A stretch of 64,000 nt of DNA. It comes from Podarcis tiliguerta (lineage: Eukaryota). The notes beneath the pieces were generated by a model. The model ran no database searches. It had not been told where the DNA came from and saw nothing but the letters and a program-made list of their open reading frames with translations. Positions 1-13,500 of the stretch are shown here, piece by piece (within the stretch, counting starts at the first letter, position 1; the number at the start of each line of letters is the position of its first letter). The translations under genes were made by a program, and so were the position numbers. The stretch lies in NCBI GenBank assembly GCA_965153285.1, contig OZ229117.1; one strand, given 5' to 3'.

Positions 1-583
1 CAATCCATCTTGATCTCTCCAGTTCAATTTCTTCAAATACCTGTTGTTTTTTACTGAACAACATAATGTTCTCTGTTCTTTCCAATTCTTCATTCATTAG
101 TGTCAAGGTCTTGACACAGCCCATAAATTTATGGTTTCCCTTTGAGACATTCAATTTGCTTTCTTTTAATAACTGTTGATGCCTCTAAAATATATGGCGA
201 TGCTGGATTCTCATATTATATTGCGATGGGGACACTCCTGAATCAAGTGAAGACATGAGTGTCTGTTATATAACCTGGTTATTGCCAATGAACACCTGAG
301 CTATCAATGAACACCTGAAGCTATCAAGGATGCTTGTGCAATAGCTAGAAGGAGAAGTTTTCTTGTTGTTATTTTTGTTAAACTCAGCATCACCGTTGGT
401 AGCTACTACCTTCAAACCATCCCACATAACTAGGTGGGGCTGGAATGATAATGTTTCATTTGGAATACAGCCAGGTAAGGAGACAAGCATTGCTGATGGC
501 TGGAGGAACAGAGATATTTGGGGTGGGCGAGTTGAGGCGGAAACTCAAAGTAGGCGCAGTTTGATTTGTGGGGGATTATATTG

Positions 584-917
584 CAGTCCCATGGACTGCA
601 AGAAGATCAAACCTATCCATTCTGAAGGAAATCAGCCCTGAGTGCTCACTGGAAGGACAGATTGTGAAGCTGAGGCTCCAATACTTTGGCCACCACATGG
701 GAAGAGAAGACTCCCTGGAAAAGACCCTGGTGTTGGGAAAGATGGAGGGCCCAAGGAGAAGGGGACAACAGAGGACGAGATGGTTGGACAGTGTTCTCGA
801 AGCTACCAGCATGAGTTTGACCAAACTGCGGGAGGCAGTGGAAGACAGGAGTGCCTGGCGTGCTCTGGTCCATGGGGTCACGAAGAGTCGGACACGACTA
901 AATGACTAAACAACAAC
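584..917 (+). mobile_element. Bov-B (RTE LINE) 5'-truncated 3' end
   Basis: ORF tail ...ILKEISPECSLEGQIVKLRLQYFGH...WRALVHGVTKSRTRLND, (CAA)n tail, possible TSD ATATTG (578-583 / 918-923). Confidence 0.93.
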
Positions 918-2774
918 ATATTGATGTAGCTTTCCTGACCTCCCAACCATGGTTAGAGTGGCAGATTCACCAGAGGGTGGTTTACACACTCCATTCCCTT
1001 TTCATAGCCAGCCACGGTTATGGCTTTACATCTCTACAACTGGCCACTTTAACCATGGTTAACTCTAGCCAGGGTCTGCATTGCCCACAGGGACGCCTGC
1101 CTGGCTCTCATACTGATTTAGGGGGAATCTGGCTGATCGAGTATGTCTTTTTCATAGTTCAGTAAGGAGGGTGCATTCGTATTATGAAGCATCTATTCCA
1201 CAGCAGTATTTTGTGCATCTGTAAAAGCTCAATAATAATTAAACATTTGCCCACCCCCCAAAAAGAGCAAGATTTGCAAACCACCTTTTAACCCTCACAT
1301 TAACTGTTAAGATTCTGAGGTAAAGCTAACCACCGTTAGTGTAAACAGGGACGAAGCAGCTTAATTAGCTCCTCTTGGTTTTCTGACTTAAAATTTGGCT
1401 TCAAAAAAATTAATGCCTTTGAACAAGTGACATCACTGACATCAACCTCCAGTGTGGCAAAACTCTCTCTCACTCCGGCACTGTCTAACCTCAAGAGGAA
1501 CATCTGAGCAAGCCGTTATACTAATTATTAAAGCATACCCAACTTAGAATCAGTCCGTGGTATTCATGAAGCACAGCATATTGAGAGCCTTCAAAATCTC
1601 ATAAGGGTGTAATCATGTGCAGTTAGGCTGCTTAAGTCTCATATACAAAGTATTATTATTAAGCCACTCCATGAGATATTACCACACTTGAGGCGGTAAT
1701 TATGATCTAAAAATGGGTTCCGGCTCCCTCACTCAGTATTTTATTAGGGTGAGCTTCTCTCTATTCCAGAGAGAAAAAGAAGCATGCCTGCATTTTAAGA
1801 CACTGAAATGCTATCAATACATGTGATTTCACACTAAGAAATGAAGTTTTATTATAAATATAAATTTCATTTAGTGCTCCAGCCCTACACGCCTCAAGCA
1901 TAATTAACTTACGGAACCCGCTGCCACAAGATGGCCCCTTACTCAGATGGCTTTGAAAGGGGATTAAGCAAATTTTTGACAGCCAGTCATGGCTATATAT
2001 CCAGCATGCAACTCTACAGCACTTGTCCTGGCTAGAAACAGTTATTGCCTTCACACCAAGCTTGTGGGTTTCCCCAAGCGTATGTGACTGGCCTGTTTGA
2101 AAGCAGGTGCTGGAGCAGATGGAGCTTTTTGTCTGGTGGTACCCCAGAGAGAGCTGGACCACAGATTAACCAAGGATCCAGGAAGGCCTTGTTGCTCAAA
2201 CAAGGCACAAGCCCCTTTATTCTCCATCCTGCAGAGAAGGAGCCGATGGCCACTCTGGGCGACCAGAGTCAGCCCAGGAGCTGAAGGCACTTCAATGAGA
2301 AGGCTGCCACCGATATGGTCACCATACAGGCTTGAGTAGTTCACATGGGAGAGGTGCACATGGATCCAGCAGTTTGCCAACCCAATCAGCACCGTCCAGA
2401 AAGAAGCGTGGTGGAAAAGAGCGCCATGATCAGTCATTCCAGCAGTCATGCTATTCATACACACAATGCCAACACCCAGAGCAGTGTGGGAATCACTGCA
2501 TGCCCCCAAGACTCTGATGCTATCGTTTATTTTGCGTGCATGTGCCAAGGAAAGAGTGCCTCTGGTTACTTTGATAGTACTGGAGCATCACCCAACTAAC
2601 ATGTTCCATCAGCGCAAGGATTTATGCTTGCGCAAGGCAACTCCCTGCTCCTTCCCTTGAACATGGCCTCTCCACATCTGTTCTGGAGGGCTGGTGGGGT
2701 AATCCCAGAACAGTTTTAGGGAGGGCACGGGGAAAGAGGGAGGAGTCCTGTTGGAAAAGCCTGAAGACTTGCAC

Positions 2775-3021
2775 TGTTAAGTTGTGGGCGAACATGTCAG
2801 ATGACACAGCGATTCTTTAACAGCTCTTCTTTATTCAGATGCCAGAACAGAACTAGGCTGAGCAGCTCAGTCAGCCTGCTTATATAGAGCTCCAGAACAA
2901 TGCAACTGTTGCCATTTTCTAAAACTATCCAATCACTAATCATCACTTTTCGATCCTTCATTTGCATAACTATCTACAGTATCCCCCTGCTGGGGCAGGG
3001 TGAGTACTTCAGTACATAACA
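2775..3021 (-). mobile_element. Solo LTR (247 bp)
   Basis: TGTTA...TAACA termini; perfect 5-bp TSD TGCAC (2770-2774 / 3022-3026); on the minus strand, octamer, CCAAT, TATATAA and AATAAA in LTR order. Confidence 0.85.
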
Positions 3022-3610
3022 TGCACTGTCAGAACAAATGACTTAGTACGACACTGGATACAACCTACTATTTTGTCAGTGCTGTATGTCCTTTAAACCG
3101 AAAGTTAGCCTTCATCTCACACTCATATGGAATGCAGAAATGCTTGATCTTGGCATTAAGAGCCAAACTACATGTTATGGGCAGGTAAATATTGTTTTTT
3201 TTAAAAAAAAAAAGAATACCATGGAAAGTTCAATGTTTTGTTTTTAAAGCAGAAAGCAGTTACTTGTGGGTGTAAAATCAGAAGCAGGGGGAGGAGAGTT
3301 GAAGGGGAGCACTTAGCACCTGGTCATTTTTCCTCTCAAAATCACCTCCAGAAAGCTTTTCCTTTCCTCTGCTCCTGAGAGTACGGACATACATGGAGCC
3401 ACCTTAAGGTCGGGGCAATTTTGAAAGGAAAATTCCACAAGGGCACAACTAAAACTCCCTTCCCCAGTCACTTTTCCTATGCTTCCAATGCAGTCTCAAG
3501 TCGTTGCTTTTGGTTTTTTATTTCTTTAAGTCAGGGGGAACTTGCACAGAACTCCACTTAATACATAGTTTTGCCTAAGCAACTAACATATTTTGGGCCC
3601 AACATCTTTC

Positions 3611-3648
<38 letters not shown>
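3611..3648. repeat. (ATTT)n microsatellite, probably the tail of an L2-type element
   Basis: Read directly. Confidence 0.9.
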
Positions 3649-3650
<2 letters not shown>

Positions 3651-5924
3651 AATTTGTGTGCCATCCTTCATTCAAAGATCTCAGGGCAGTTCACAAGATT
3701 AAAAACAAACAAACCTCATTTCAGAGATTTTAGAGGGTATATAAGAAAATTTTAGTTTAAAAATTGCTGGGAAAGGAGTGTATCAGTTGTATGCTGCGGT
3801 TAACTCTTCATAAATTTAGCTCTCAGTGCTTTGGACTTCGTGTCTTGCGACTCTAGGGGGGGAAACCACTGACAACAATTTTTAAGCATCAACAAAAATG
3901 GAGGGATCCTTCCATTATATGAGGTGACCCAATGGACTCTGTCCCACTCCTCTATTCCTTTGCTATACAGTAAACCCATGACTTAAGCAGCGGTTTTGTT
4001 CCAGGGATCACACCTAAAGCTAAAAACATGTACGGTCAAAACACATTGGGTTCAATGGCAGGTGGACCTTGCCCAAGTCATTTTCACAAGTATTCTGGCC
4101 CCTTTTTTATTTCAGCAAAGCTGAATGTGCACAAGTTAAATGCAGGCTTACTCTCCTTTGCATAAAACTGGAAAACTGAAGGACCTGAAGTTGTGCATAT
4201 GAGTGATTTTTACATTATTTTCATCATCATAAAATAGCAGTTAACAACATTAACTGTGCAAGAGGTTGTACCGGCAGATTCTCATCTTTGAATTTACTTC
4301 CATTTTCTTGCACAATGCTTGTTTGCACAAAACAGCCATTCCATGTTCAGCAGAGCACCCACTGGATCCAATCCACAGAGGACATTATCTGGTTACCTTT
4401 GCATATTAGTTCCCACACACAAAAGTGATACTAGTCCACATGCATTTACACTATCCTGCCTCCCAACACACACCTACGCTAGCCATTTTTTATACACCAG
4501 AGGTTTGAAAGTGGGAGGGAGGAAGCATTGAAAAGCTGAACTACTCTTCTGGATTATAGGAACTCCCCCTTCCTGGTCACTTGGAGGGAAATTCTAGCTC
4601 ACCAGAGGCGAGGGGTAATTTACATGCCTAGTGGAAATATCTGTTATACTGAGCTACGACAGTTAAGAAAATTCAGGAGAAGCTGCAGCAAAGAACACTA
4701 AGAGGGCTGGAAACAAAAATCAACAGTGGTCATTGGTTAAGAAACATAAGATGACCAAGAGTATTTGGTGAGGTAAAAGATGAAGATTTACTTCCAGGGT
4801 GAACGTTACTCCGGGGTTCAATTGTGTTGAGCGTATATCTCAAGAGAGCAAACGTTGCAGTAGAAAAGCCAGGATGTCATTGCAGGAAGCCGCCCAACAG
4901 AGCAGATGACATTTCTGCAACGCAACCATCCCACGTTACAAAAATAGCACATTGTGTAAACGGACCCATGTGAGGCTTGTCGTGGAGGAGGTATATCTAA
5001 TAAGCTCCTTGATAGCACATGGCTCAACCCATCACACAGCGGTCAGACAGTCTGTCCAAGTGCACACAATCTGCAAGCAGTTCACTTTTTCAATCATCAT
5101 AATTAATACGAAAAGGCTTAAAGCCAAGATCGTTTGGCAGCCAACCTTGCTTGCCTAAATTATAGAGCTACCTTCTTCCCCCGCCCTGTCCCCAAAGCAC
5201 TGGTTGGAGTTAGGTGGCAATTAAGAGCCAGGTCAATGAAGCCGGTGGCTGCACACCAACCCAATCAGCCAGTCCTGACCTAGACAGATTGCAAAACCCA
5301 AGGGCTGCAAACAGAAAACCGGTGGGGGGGGGCACCCTCTGCAATGACTCAGTCATTACAGCAGTCCCAGCTAAGAAGAAGAGCTGCATCAGCTGCTGAT
5401 CTTACATCACACACAGCTTAGCAGAGGGGGGTGGAGGAGGAGAAAGTCAGGAGTGGAAGAAAGTGTACCCAGAGGCTGCATTATGTTAAAAGACACCTCA
5501 CAGCTTACACTAATAAAATGTTAAGGGCATCTATGCCAGCTTTCGCCGGCCAGCAGCCTTCCAGAAGTTTTGGACTATAACTCCCATCAGCCCCAGCCAG
5601 CATGGCCATGCCCCTAAGGTGCAGTCACGGCAGAGCAAGCCATGAAACTCAGGTAAATACCAAAAGCAGCCATTTAATAAATTGCACATTAACACAACAC
5701 ACACATGCACAGTGGGCGGGGGGACACACACTCAGACAAAGGCCTTCGAGACAAGCCAGGTCTTAAGTGCCTAAAAGTATAAAGTATCCTTCTCTGTTAG
5801 TAGACAGGGCCTTTCTTTCCTTTTAAAAAGTCTATTGACTAGGAATTTGGGTTTGAAGGATCCTGGCCAAGCCAAAGTCTAGCTTCGCTTCAAAGCTTGG
5901 GGATGGGAGTGCGAGGCTGAGGCT

Positions 5925-6180
5925 TCCACCTCCAGTATATCTTTAGAGCAGTGTCATACCACTTTAAACAGTCATGGTTTTCCCATGCAAAGAATTATGG
6001 GAATTGTAGTCTGTTAAGGGTGCTGAGAGCCGTTAGGAGACAGCTGTTTATTTCACAGATCTACAATTCCCAGAGTTCCCTGCAAAGGTGGATTGACTGC
6101 TAAACTGCTCTGGGAACTGCAGGTCTGTGAAAGGGAAAGCACTCAGCGCCATCAACAAACTACATTCTCCATACATTTAC
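5925..6180. mobile_element. Degraded palindromic MITE, same family as 59095-59410
   Basis: Shares 'gggaattgtagt...aagggtgctga...ctacaattcccaga' blocks with the 59 kb copy. Confidence 0.65.
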
Positions 6181-8689
6181 ATTCATTGCTCTGCCCCCTT
6201 TGACTTACTGTTGCACCTACAGAACTGGCATGTGGCCCCTAGAAGAAAAAGCAGCCCTCAGGTTGGAAATGGGTTGCCACCCCAGCCTTAAAAAGTCACG
6301 CTTCTCCAGCTTGCCATCTCCAAAGAATTATTTCCACACTGGATTTTTTCCTCAGGAATCCTTCTGCAGTGCTAAAGATCTCTGGGGCACAATCCAGGGT
6401 TTACATAGGGAGCAGGCAAAGCACAACTAAAAGGGAACAAAATATTTTGACAAGGTGATGGTGGGGGTATCCCACTCAGCCAGAAGAATATAAAGACGCT
6501 TGACAGAAGGTCCAACACCAGTCATGAACATTCATCACCCAAGATCCTTTGCGCCTGATACTTGGACTCTTGACAAAATGTCAAGGAACAGATGGCTTGC
6601 GCCTTGCGACTGTCATCACAGATCCAGAACCCGGTGATAATTAAATCCGTCTCCAGAAGAAGGATGCTTGGCCTAGCTCACTAAAGATCAACCACAATTT
6701 TAGCTGGAACCCACAACCAGGGATGAAGAACTTGCAGTGTGCCAGATATCACAGGTTGTGCTAGGGGTGATGGGATTTGTAGTCCAAAACATATGGAAGG
6801 GCACCAGGCAGTGGCTGCTGGTGCCCATTCAGGCTGGTGGGATGGAAGGCAGGGAGACTAACAGCAGGTGGGGTCAAAGCCAATGACAGACAGAATCAGA
6901 ACCAATTATAATTTTGTTCTGATCCACTTCCCTGCAGAGTTCTACAAGGGCAACACTGAGGCTAAGGAGAAGGAAGCTAACTGGTTTTAAGTAAGATGGC
7001 AGGAAGGTGGGGCTGTGCCCCTTTGACCCTGTTGCACCAACATCTGCAGGCACCAAACTGCCATGTATTTAGCATGTATTTCTAATGGGGTTTTCCATAA
7101 ATTTTTTTATGTTTAAAATAAAAAAAGACTTCTCCATATTCAGATAATGCAGAATTTGCACAAATGTTGCCAGAGAGCAGACTGAAAAGAAGGGGGGAGG
7201 AGTTTTAGTCTGGATCAGGATGAAGCCAGGTTTCAGGATCACTGGGTAACTGGTTTTAGAACATATAGTTAATAGTTCTCTACATTAATGGCAACACAGG
7301 TGCAATTTTAGTGTTAAAGAGAGGACAGACAGCCAAATAAATTAATGAGGGGCCAAGCGATGGCTGGAAACAGGGATGGTGTATTACTTTCCCCCAATAA
7401 AGAGGTACAAACTTTTCCATGATTTAACGATACATCCATTTTTCACCTGGGGATAATACATCATCAGAATGTTAAATGGGAACGAAGGGTAACAACAACA
7501 AAAATCCTTGTGCAGAACAGACTGTATCCCTTTATTATAACACTTTTGGCAGGAGGCTGCAGTAAAATCTGCAGCCTAGAAGACCGTTTAGGTCACTACA
7601 GAGCAAAGCAATTGGAATGAATGCATTTTGGAACAACACATCTAGTTTGGGCACAGAGTGCTGTCATACTTCAGGAGCAGCCTACAACTCCCAACAGCAC
7701 TGAGCTGTTGAGCTATCAGCTGGCTGAGGCTGATAGTGGTTGTAGTCCAATAACATCCAGGGGACAGTGTGTTGGCTACCCCCACCATCCTATCTAAAGC
7801 ATGCCCACATACCGTCAGGTTTTCATTTTAAGCATCATTACACACCCTCAGGATTTGGGATAGCAGCATGCTTTTAAAAAGAAGAAAGCTTAGTGAGCAT
7901 AATTCTTGCCTTACCAATGCCCCATCATGTAAGCAAACAAGTTTGCTTGGTACATTAACACACGAGCCCCCTACAAGAGCAACGGTGGGGCAGACAATCA
8001 GATAAAAGTGCATGGCAAGCAGCACAAGACAGAACCACAGAGGCAGACAAGTATCCTGTTATTTCCATCTCATCTGCAATTGTCTGTCTCGGTACTACAA
8101 TGAGATGTAGGAGTGGTGCCAATTAAACACCCAGATCATCAGACAAAGAGGTGGATGTGCTGGAAAATGTAGCTCAAGCCCCCTTTCTTCTCCCACATCA
8201 TTAAAAGTGGAGGTGCATCAGTCCAGCAACCAATTTAAGCAAGCCACACTTATCTGGGAGACACACAGATTTCAGAACTAAATTGTTAGGCTCAACACTG
8301 CAATCGAGAGTTATGGGCTATGGTTGCAAAACACTCCCGGGTAATTATCCTGCCCATGTTGGTCTGACCTTACATTAGATGTCTGGAAACGGGCTGGAAC
8401 AGAAGCAGCTATTAGAGAGGTGTCTGCATTAGGGAAGGAGAAGAACTTGGTCCAGTCCATATTTTAAAATGAACCAACTACCCAGACTAATACACTGAGG
8501 GAGAATTCAAACTTTGCGCTTTTTCAACCAAAATTAGGAAGGCTACAGATTCCCCATCCTTGCTCTAGGGCAGGCTTCAACAGCTCAGGGACTCCCCCAA
8601 GGAAAGAGGCCTGGTGTCAGGTTCAGATGTGCCCTCCTAAAGTATCTTAAGTTGCATCAGTATGAACAAAGGCAACATATTATAAGATA

Positions 8690-9056
8690 CAGTGGTGCCC
8701 CGCAAGACGAATGCCTCGCAAGATGGAAAACCCGCAAGACGAAAGGGTTTTCCGTTTTCAGAGGTGCTTCGCAGGACGAATTTCCCTATGGGCTTGCTTC
8801 GCAAGACGAAAATGTATTGCGATTCCTGGGGTTTTTTTTCGCTCCCCAACCCCTTTTTCTAAAGCGCTAAGCTGCTAATAGCCTTTTAGCAGCTAATCCG
8901 CTAATCCCTTAAGCCTTTAATAGCCGTTAATAGCCCTTAAAATGCTAATAGCGCTAATAGCGCTAATCCGCTAATGGGCTTGCTTCGCAAGACGAAAAAA
9001 CCGCAAGACGAAAAGACTCGCGGAACGGATTCTTTTCGTCTTGCGAGGCACCACTG
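8690..9056. mobile_element. Tc1/mariner (pogo/Tigger-like) MITE, family A
   Basis: TIR CAGTGGTGCC(C/T)CGCAAGACGAA, TA TSD, internal GCAAGACGAA and GCTAAT repeats; near-identical inverted copy at 39922-40268. Confidence 0.9.
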
Positions 9057-9368
9057 TATTTCTGACCTGCCACATAGAGCCACTATGGTACAGTGGAAAG
9101 CATGTCAGGCTAACTGGAGAGAACCAAGTTCAGACCCCTGGTCAGTCATGGAGTTCTCACTGAATGAAGTTTCTTGAGGGAGACCGGCCTACCTCTCAGG
9201 GTTGCTGTGTGGATGAAATGGAAAGGGGAGAAAGACCCATGTACATAGCCTTGCTCTCCTTAGAGGAACAGCCAGATATAAATGAAATGAGTAAGTATGG
9301 CCTTTTAAGCACTTTTTTAAAATTTAAGGCAGCTGTTTTATTCTTTTTCAGCACCTACAGTATAAAAC

Positions 9369-9510
9369 AGCCTTCCCCAACCTGGTGCCCCCTAGAAAAT
9401 GTTAAGGAGTACAATTCTCATCAGCCCTGACTACTGACCCAGCTGGCTGGGGCCGATGTGAGTTGAGAAAGTCCAACAGCACCTGGCGGGCACCAGCTTG
9501 GGGAAGGCTG
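9369..9510. mobile_element. Representative of an abundant small hairpin MITE ('ggactacaactcccatcagccc'); more than a dozen further fragments, e.g. near 5570, 7680, 10560, 11200, 25320, 34470, 35600, 36650, 42780, 45800, 46570, 51000, 52040
   Basis: Inverted termini cagccttcccca...tggggaaggctg and a recurring internal palindrome. Confidence 0.75.
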
Positions 9511-10134
9511 ATATGAAACACAGAGTAACAGAAAGGAACAGAGACTTGCCTGAAGGTTCACTGTCTGAAACATGCATGTAAGGAAAAGGGGGTAGGGAAG
9601 GCAATGGATGAGATACCGTGAATCAAAACAACTCCATGAATTAGAGAAGGTTGCATGAAGTCAGAGGTGATGCTTCTAGATGAAAAAAATGCCTCTAGAT
9701 GAAAAAAAAACACACATTCCGGGGACAATATACTATTGCAAAAGAAAGATGATGTCCTGTGGGGGATGGGCGGGGCAGGAACTGGTCCACTGGCTAGATC
9801 TACTCTGCCAGCCCTGCCCTACCTAGTGCTCTGCACATGTTCTACACTACAACTATTGGGTTGTCCTGGTCTCCTTTGGCAGGAAGGGCAAGATATCAAT
9901 GTAATAAATAAATAAATTCCCATCGGCCCTGACCACTGGCCTGCTGAAGGCATACTTGGCTGTCTCCCTTAGTAAGGATCCTCATTTGTCATACTGATCT
10001 GTAATCCCTCTGTAGAAACATGTACGCAGGATGGGTTTCTGCAAGGCTAGCTGTTTAGTAGAGAAGGGCGCTTTTAGCTTTTAACTGCTTGCAAATAAAT
10101 ACGAAAACTGTCAGTTATTAGTAGTATTAACATT

Positions 10135-10550
10135 ATCATTAATTAAATTTGTATGCTGCTCTTCATCCAAAAGACATAGGGCAGTTCACAACATAACAAT
10201 ACAAAATGAGAACACAAAATACAAAACAAAAACAAACTAATAACGGCCCTCCCACAAACACATTTAAAAGAACATAGAATGTTAATCAGCCCAAAGTCTG
10301 GTGAAAAAGAAAAGGTTTTGCCTGACGCCTAAAGATATGTAATGAAGGTGCCAGGTGAGTTTCCCTTGGGACAGCTTTTCACAAACTGGGAGCCACCACA
10401 GAAAAGGCCCGTTCTCATGTTGCCACCCTCCGGACCTCTTGCAGAGGAGGCACACGAAGAAGGGTGTCAGGTAACAATTGCAAGGTCTGGGTCAGTTCAT
10501 AAAAAGAAGAGGTAGTCCTTGAGATACTGTGATCCTGAGCCATTTAAAGG
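10135..10550 (-). mobile_element. L2 LINE 3' fragment
   Basis: Reverse strand resembles the L2 ORF2 end (RAFSVVAP.L...) followed by the L2 3' tail. Confidence 0.75.
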
Positions 10551-13500
10551 AGCCTGTGGCCCTCCAGATGCTTCTAAACTACAACTCCCATCACCCCCAA
10601 CCATTGGCCACCCTGGCTAAAGCTGTTGGGAGTTGGAGTTCAACAACATCTGGAGGGCCACGGGTTGTACTGCCCTCTCTTATGCCTTGAGATTTGTGCA
10701 TTCATTATATTACAGGACTTTAAGCTGCATAACAACATATCATATCGCAGTGAGAAGGGAGTGTTCAATACTTCTTGGAAATGAGGCTGGGATTTCCAAC
10801 CAATGATGTAACTTCTGCTGACACATTTTTCACATTTGTGGCATTCCAATTTAATATGAATTTCCATGGAATACTTGCATTTAAGCACCAGGAAGAAACA
10901 TCCTTCTTCTCCCATACCTTTGGCTAATTAAACAATCTATGGCCTTTTAAACTGTGTAGGGGGAAATGGTTTTGTTTGTTACTATGTTATGTATTTTTGT
11001 GTTTATATATTCTAAACTGTCCTGTGATCCTCAGATGAAGAGTGGTATAGAAATTATTATCATTATTATTATTATTATTTTATGACTGAAGAGTGAAGAC
11101 AGATTCTTAAATAGAACCTATTTCCATTAAAATTGTGTATGAAAATGTAGCAAATAGTTCAAAAGTAACAAACAATTCTTAAACAGCAAAGGTGGGAAAC
11201 CTGATGGTTTCTAGAAGTTGCGAGACGAAAATTCCCATCATCCTGGAGCATGCTGTCTGAGGCTGATGGGAATTGAAGTCCAGCAACATCTGGAGGTCAG
11301 CAGGTTCCTCATTCCTCATCTAGCGCATGTATCTTCATGCAGATTCAGACTTCCTGGCAGCTTTCTCCTTGCCCTGTCTTTGCTTCCTGTAAGCATAAAG
11401 TCCAGTCATTTAGAACTTGAGTATTACACCATCCACAAAACACAGGAAGTAGCCAGCCACATCCACATAGGCTTGCACATGGGTACTTGTTTGACCAGCA
11501 TTCCCACCTCGTCCTTCCGTCCTCCACAAGCTTCTGCATATACCCCCCCCCCCATCTCCATTTCCTTGTGCGTTACCTGCCAAGTCAGTGAGACGCCTGA
11601 CAATATGCATTAGTGAAACAACTGCAGGGAAATGTTCCATAAGTCATGTGCAGGAAACAGCATACCCAGAGGAAGCCACCTACTTGTTGGGGAGCACAAG
11701 TAGGGAGATATCGTGGCCCGTCCAGAGGAGGAGGAGGAGGAGGGAGAAGAGGCCATGGATCAGAGGCCTCCTGGTCAAGCCCCCAACTTTGAGACTCTCC
11801 CTCTGAAAGCCACATAGGGCTCCTCCTTCCTTGGCTCAAGATGAGAAGACAGGGCCATCCAATGCCAAAGAGGACACTTCTCCACCAGATGAGTGGGGGG
11901 AGAGTTGCACATCACAGACTGAGCTCTCAGGGGAGGAGGAAAGAGGAAGGGACAGGAGCAGACCCAGGTCCTTCCAAGAGACAGGAGTTCCCCACGTCAG
12001 GCCAGGAGTTCACAGTGGGGCAGGCAATGTGCACAAGTTAGCTGGACTTTCCCTGCTTCTGTTTAAAACTGATGGGTAGGCAGGGCCAACGGTAGACAGC
12101 TTCCCTATGCAGTCTCCATTTGCAGGTCCTGATCCTGGAACTCAGGCCTTGTCCCTGAGCTGCATTGAAGGAACCTTGCAGCCCTTCTCCTAAGTTGGTT
12201 TGATCCTTGCCACATCTCTGGGGCCTAAGCGTGTCTGGACCAAGTCTTCCTCTTCTCTGGGTTTGCACTGTCTTGTCTGCTGGCATAAAGCTTGGCTTCT
12301 TTACATACAGGAAAGGGCACTTGTTATGATCAGCACTGCTTTGCAGGCTTCCCATATGCATCTAACTGGTCAGGGTGAGAACAGGATGCTGGACCAGATG
12401 AGCCTCTGGCCTGATCCAGCAGGGCTCTTATCATGTGCTAGGTCAGGGGAAGCAACACAATCATCACTACTCAACTTTTCACCTGCAGGTACTTTGTGAA
12501 CTGCATACCTCTCAGCCAAAAGCACCTGTCTCCTTTTCAGTACTTACATTTTATCATCGAACAGTCTAACCTAAATCAAGGCATTCGGATGTATGAGATC
12601 CCAGGCTATGTTAACAGAGCCAGTCCTGCCACTGGTACCCAATTTCCCAAGAGGCAAACATGCAACTCCATGACCCTAGTTCTTCATGCAAGTTTTTAAC
12701 ATTAACAAGAGGGCAGATAATAGCACAAAGGAACAGATCATGAAAGCAAGCACATCTCTCTCCATCCCTTTTCCTATCACTTCCTCAGTGAAACAGAGGT
12801 AATCTCTGCTACAGTCTGGGATGGAGCATAGAAGTCATCCCAGCTTGGAGGAGAGCCGGTGTGACCTCTATTCAGAAGGCAGCTTTAGAGCCTGTCATAC
12901 AGGCCTCTTTCACATGCAGAGATAAGTCATAGTTAATGGCTTATTGGGATCAAGCAGCATGATCACTCCCACTTCACTCCTCCCAAGGTGTGAGCATGAG
13001 CAACAAGCCATGAAGTGTTAGCTTCTCATTAGGTCTGAACCTGGGAACAAACCACAATAATTTGTCCTTGGCCTGCTGATCAGTTCAGCCAGGAGACACA
13101 AACCGTGATCCTGGTTTGCATATAATGAGACGAGGCTTTGAGGCTTGCTGCTTATGCCAGGGAACGAGCTAAGCAGGAGCGATCAGGCAGCGTGCACTAG
13201 CAAACCTCTCGACCCTGAAAAGCTATTAACTGCAGCAAAGTGTTACATGTAAATTGGGCCACACATGCGGGATGGGAGGCTTGGGCCAGGGGGCAAAATG
13301 CAAAGATCCAGACCTCTCTGTTTGGCCCTTATGGTCACTGGCATGAGGCCCCCAGAAAGTTGCCCAGAAGAGAATGTAGCCCTCAGGCAGAAAAATACTC
13401 CCTACTGCTTCTATAAATGGGGGCAGGGCTGCACAATTGTGGGGAAAATCCTTTGCTGCATCCACTTAGGATACTACTTGCTAAGTTAGTCCCTGAATCT

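Noticed and set aside
2045-2660. Cluster of overlapping ORFs, including a Cys/His-rich peptide
   Set aside because: No recognisable motif spacing or splice structure; partly overlaps SINE/MITE fragments.
4642-5020. Possible second solo LTR starting TGTTATACTGAG
   Set aside because: No matching CA terminus with a TSD could be found.
8860-8975. Short repeated GCTAAT units resembling a repeat-spacer array
   Set aside because: Internal low-complexity array of a MITE in a vertebrate genome; no unique spacers and no cas genes, so not CRISPR.
11630-12215. Purine-rich LTR-like block
   Set aside because: No termini, TSD or second copy identifiable by eye.
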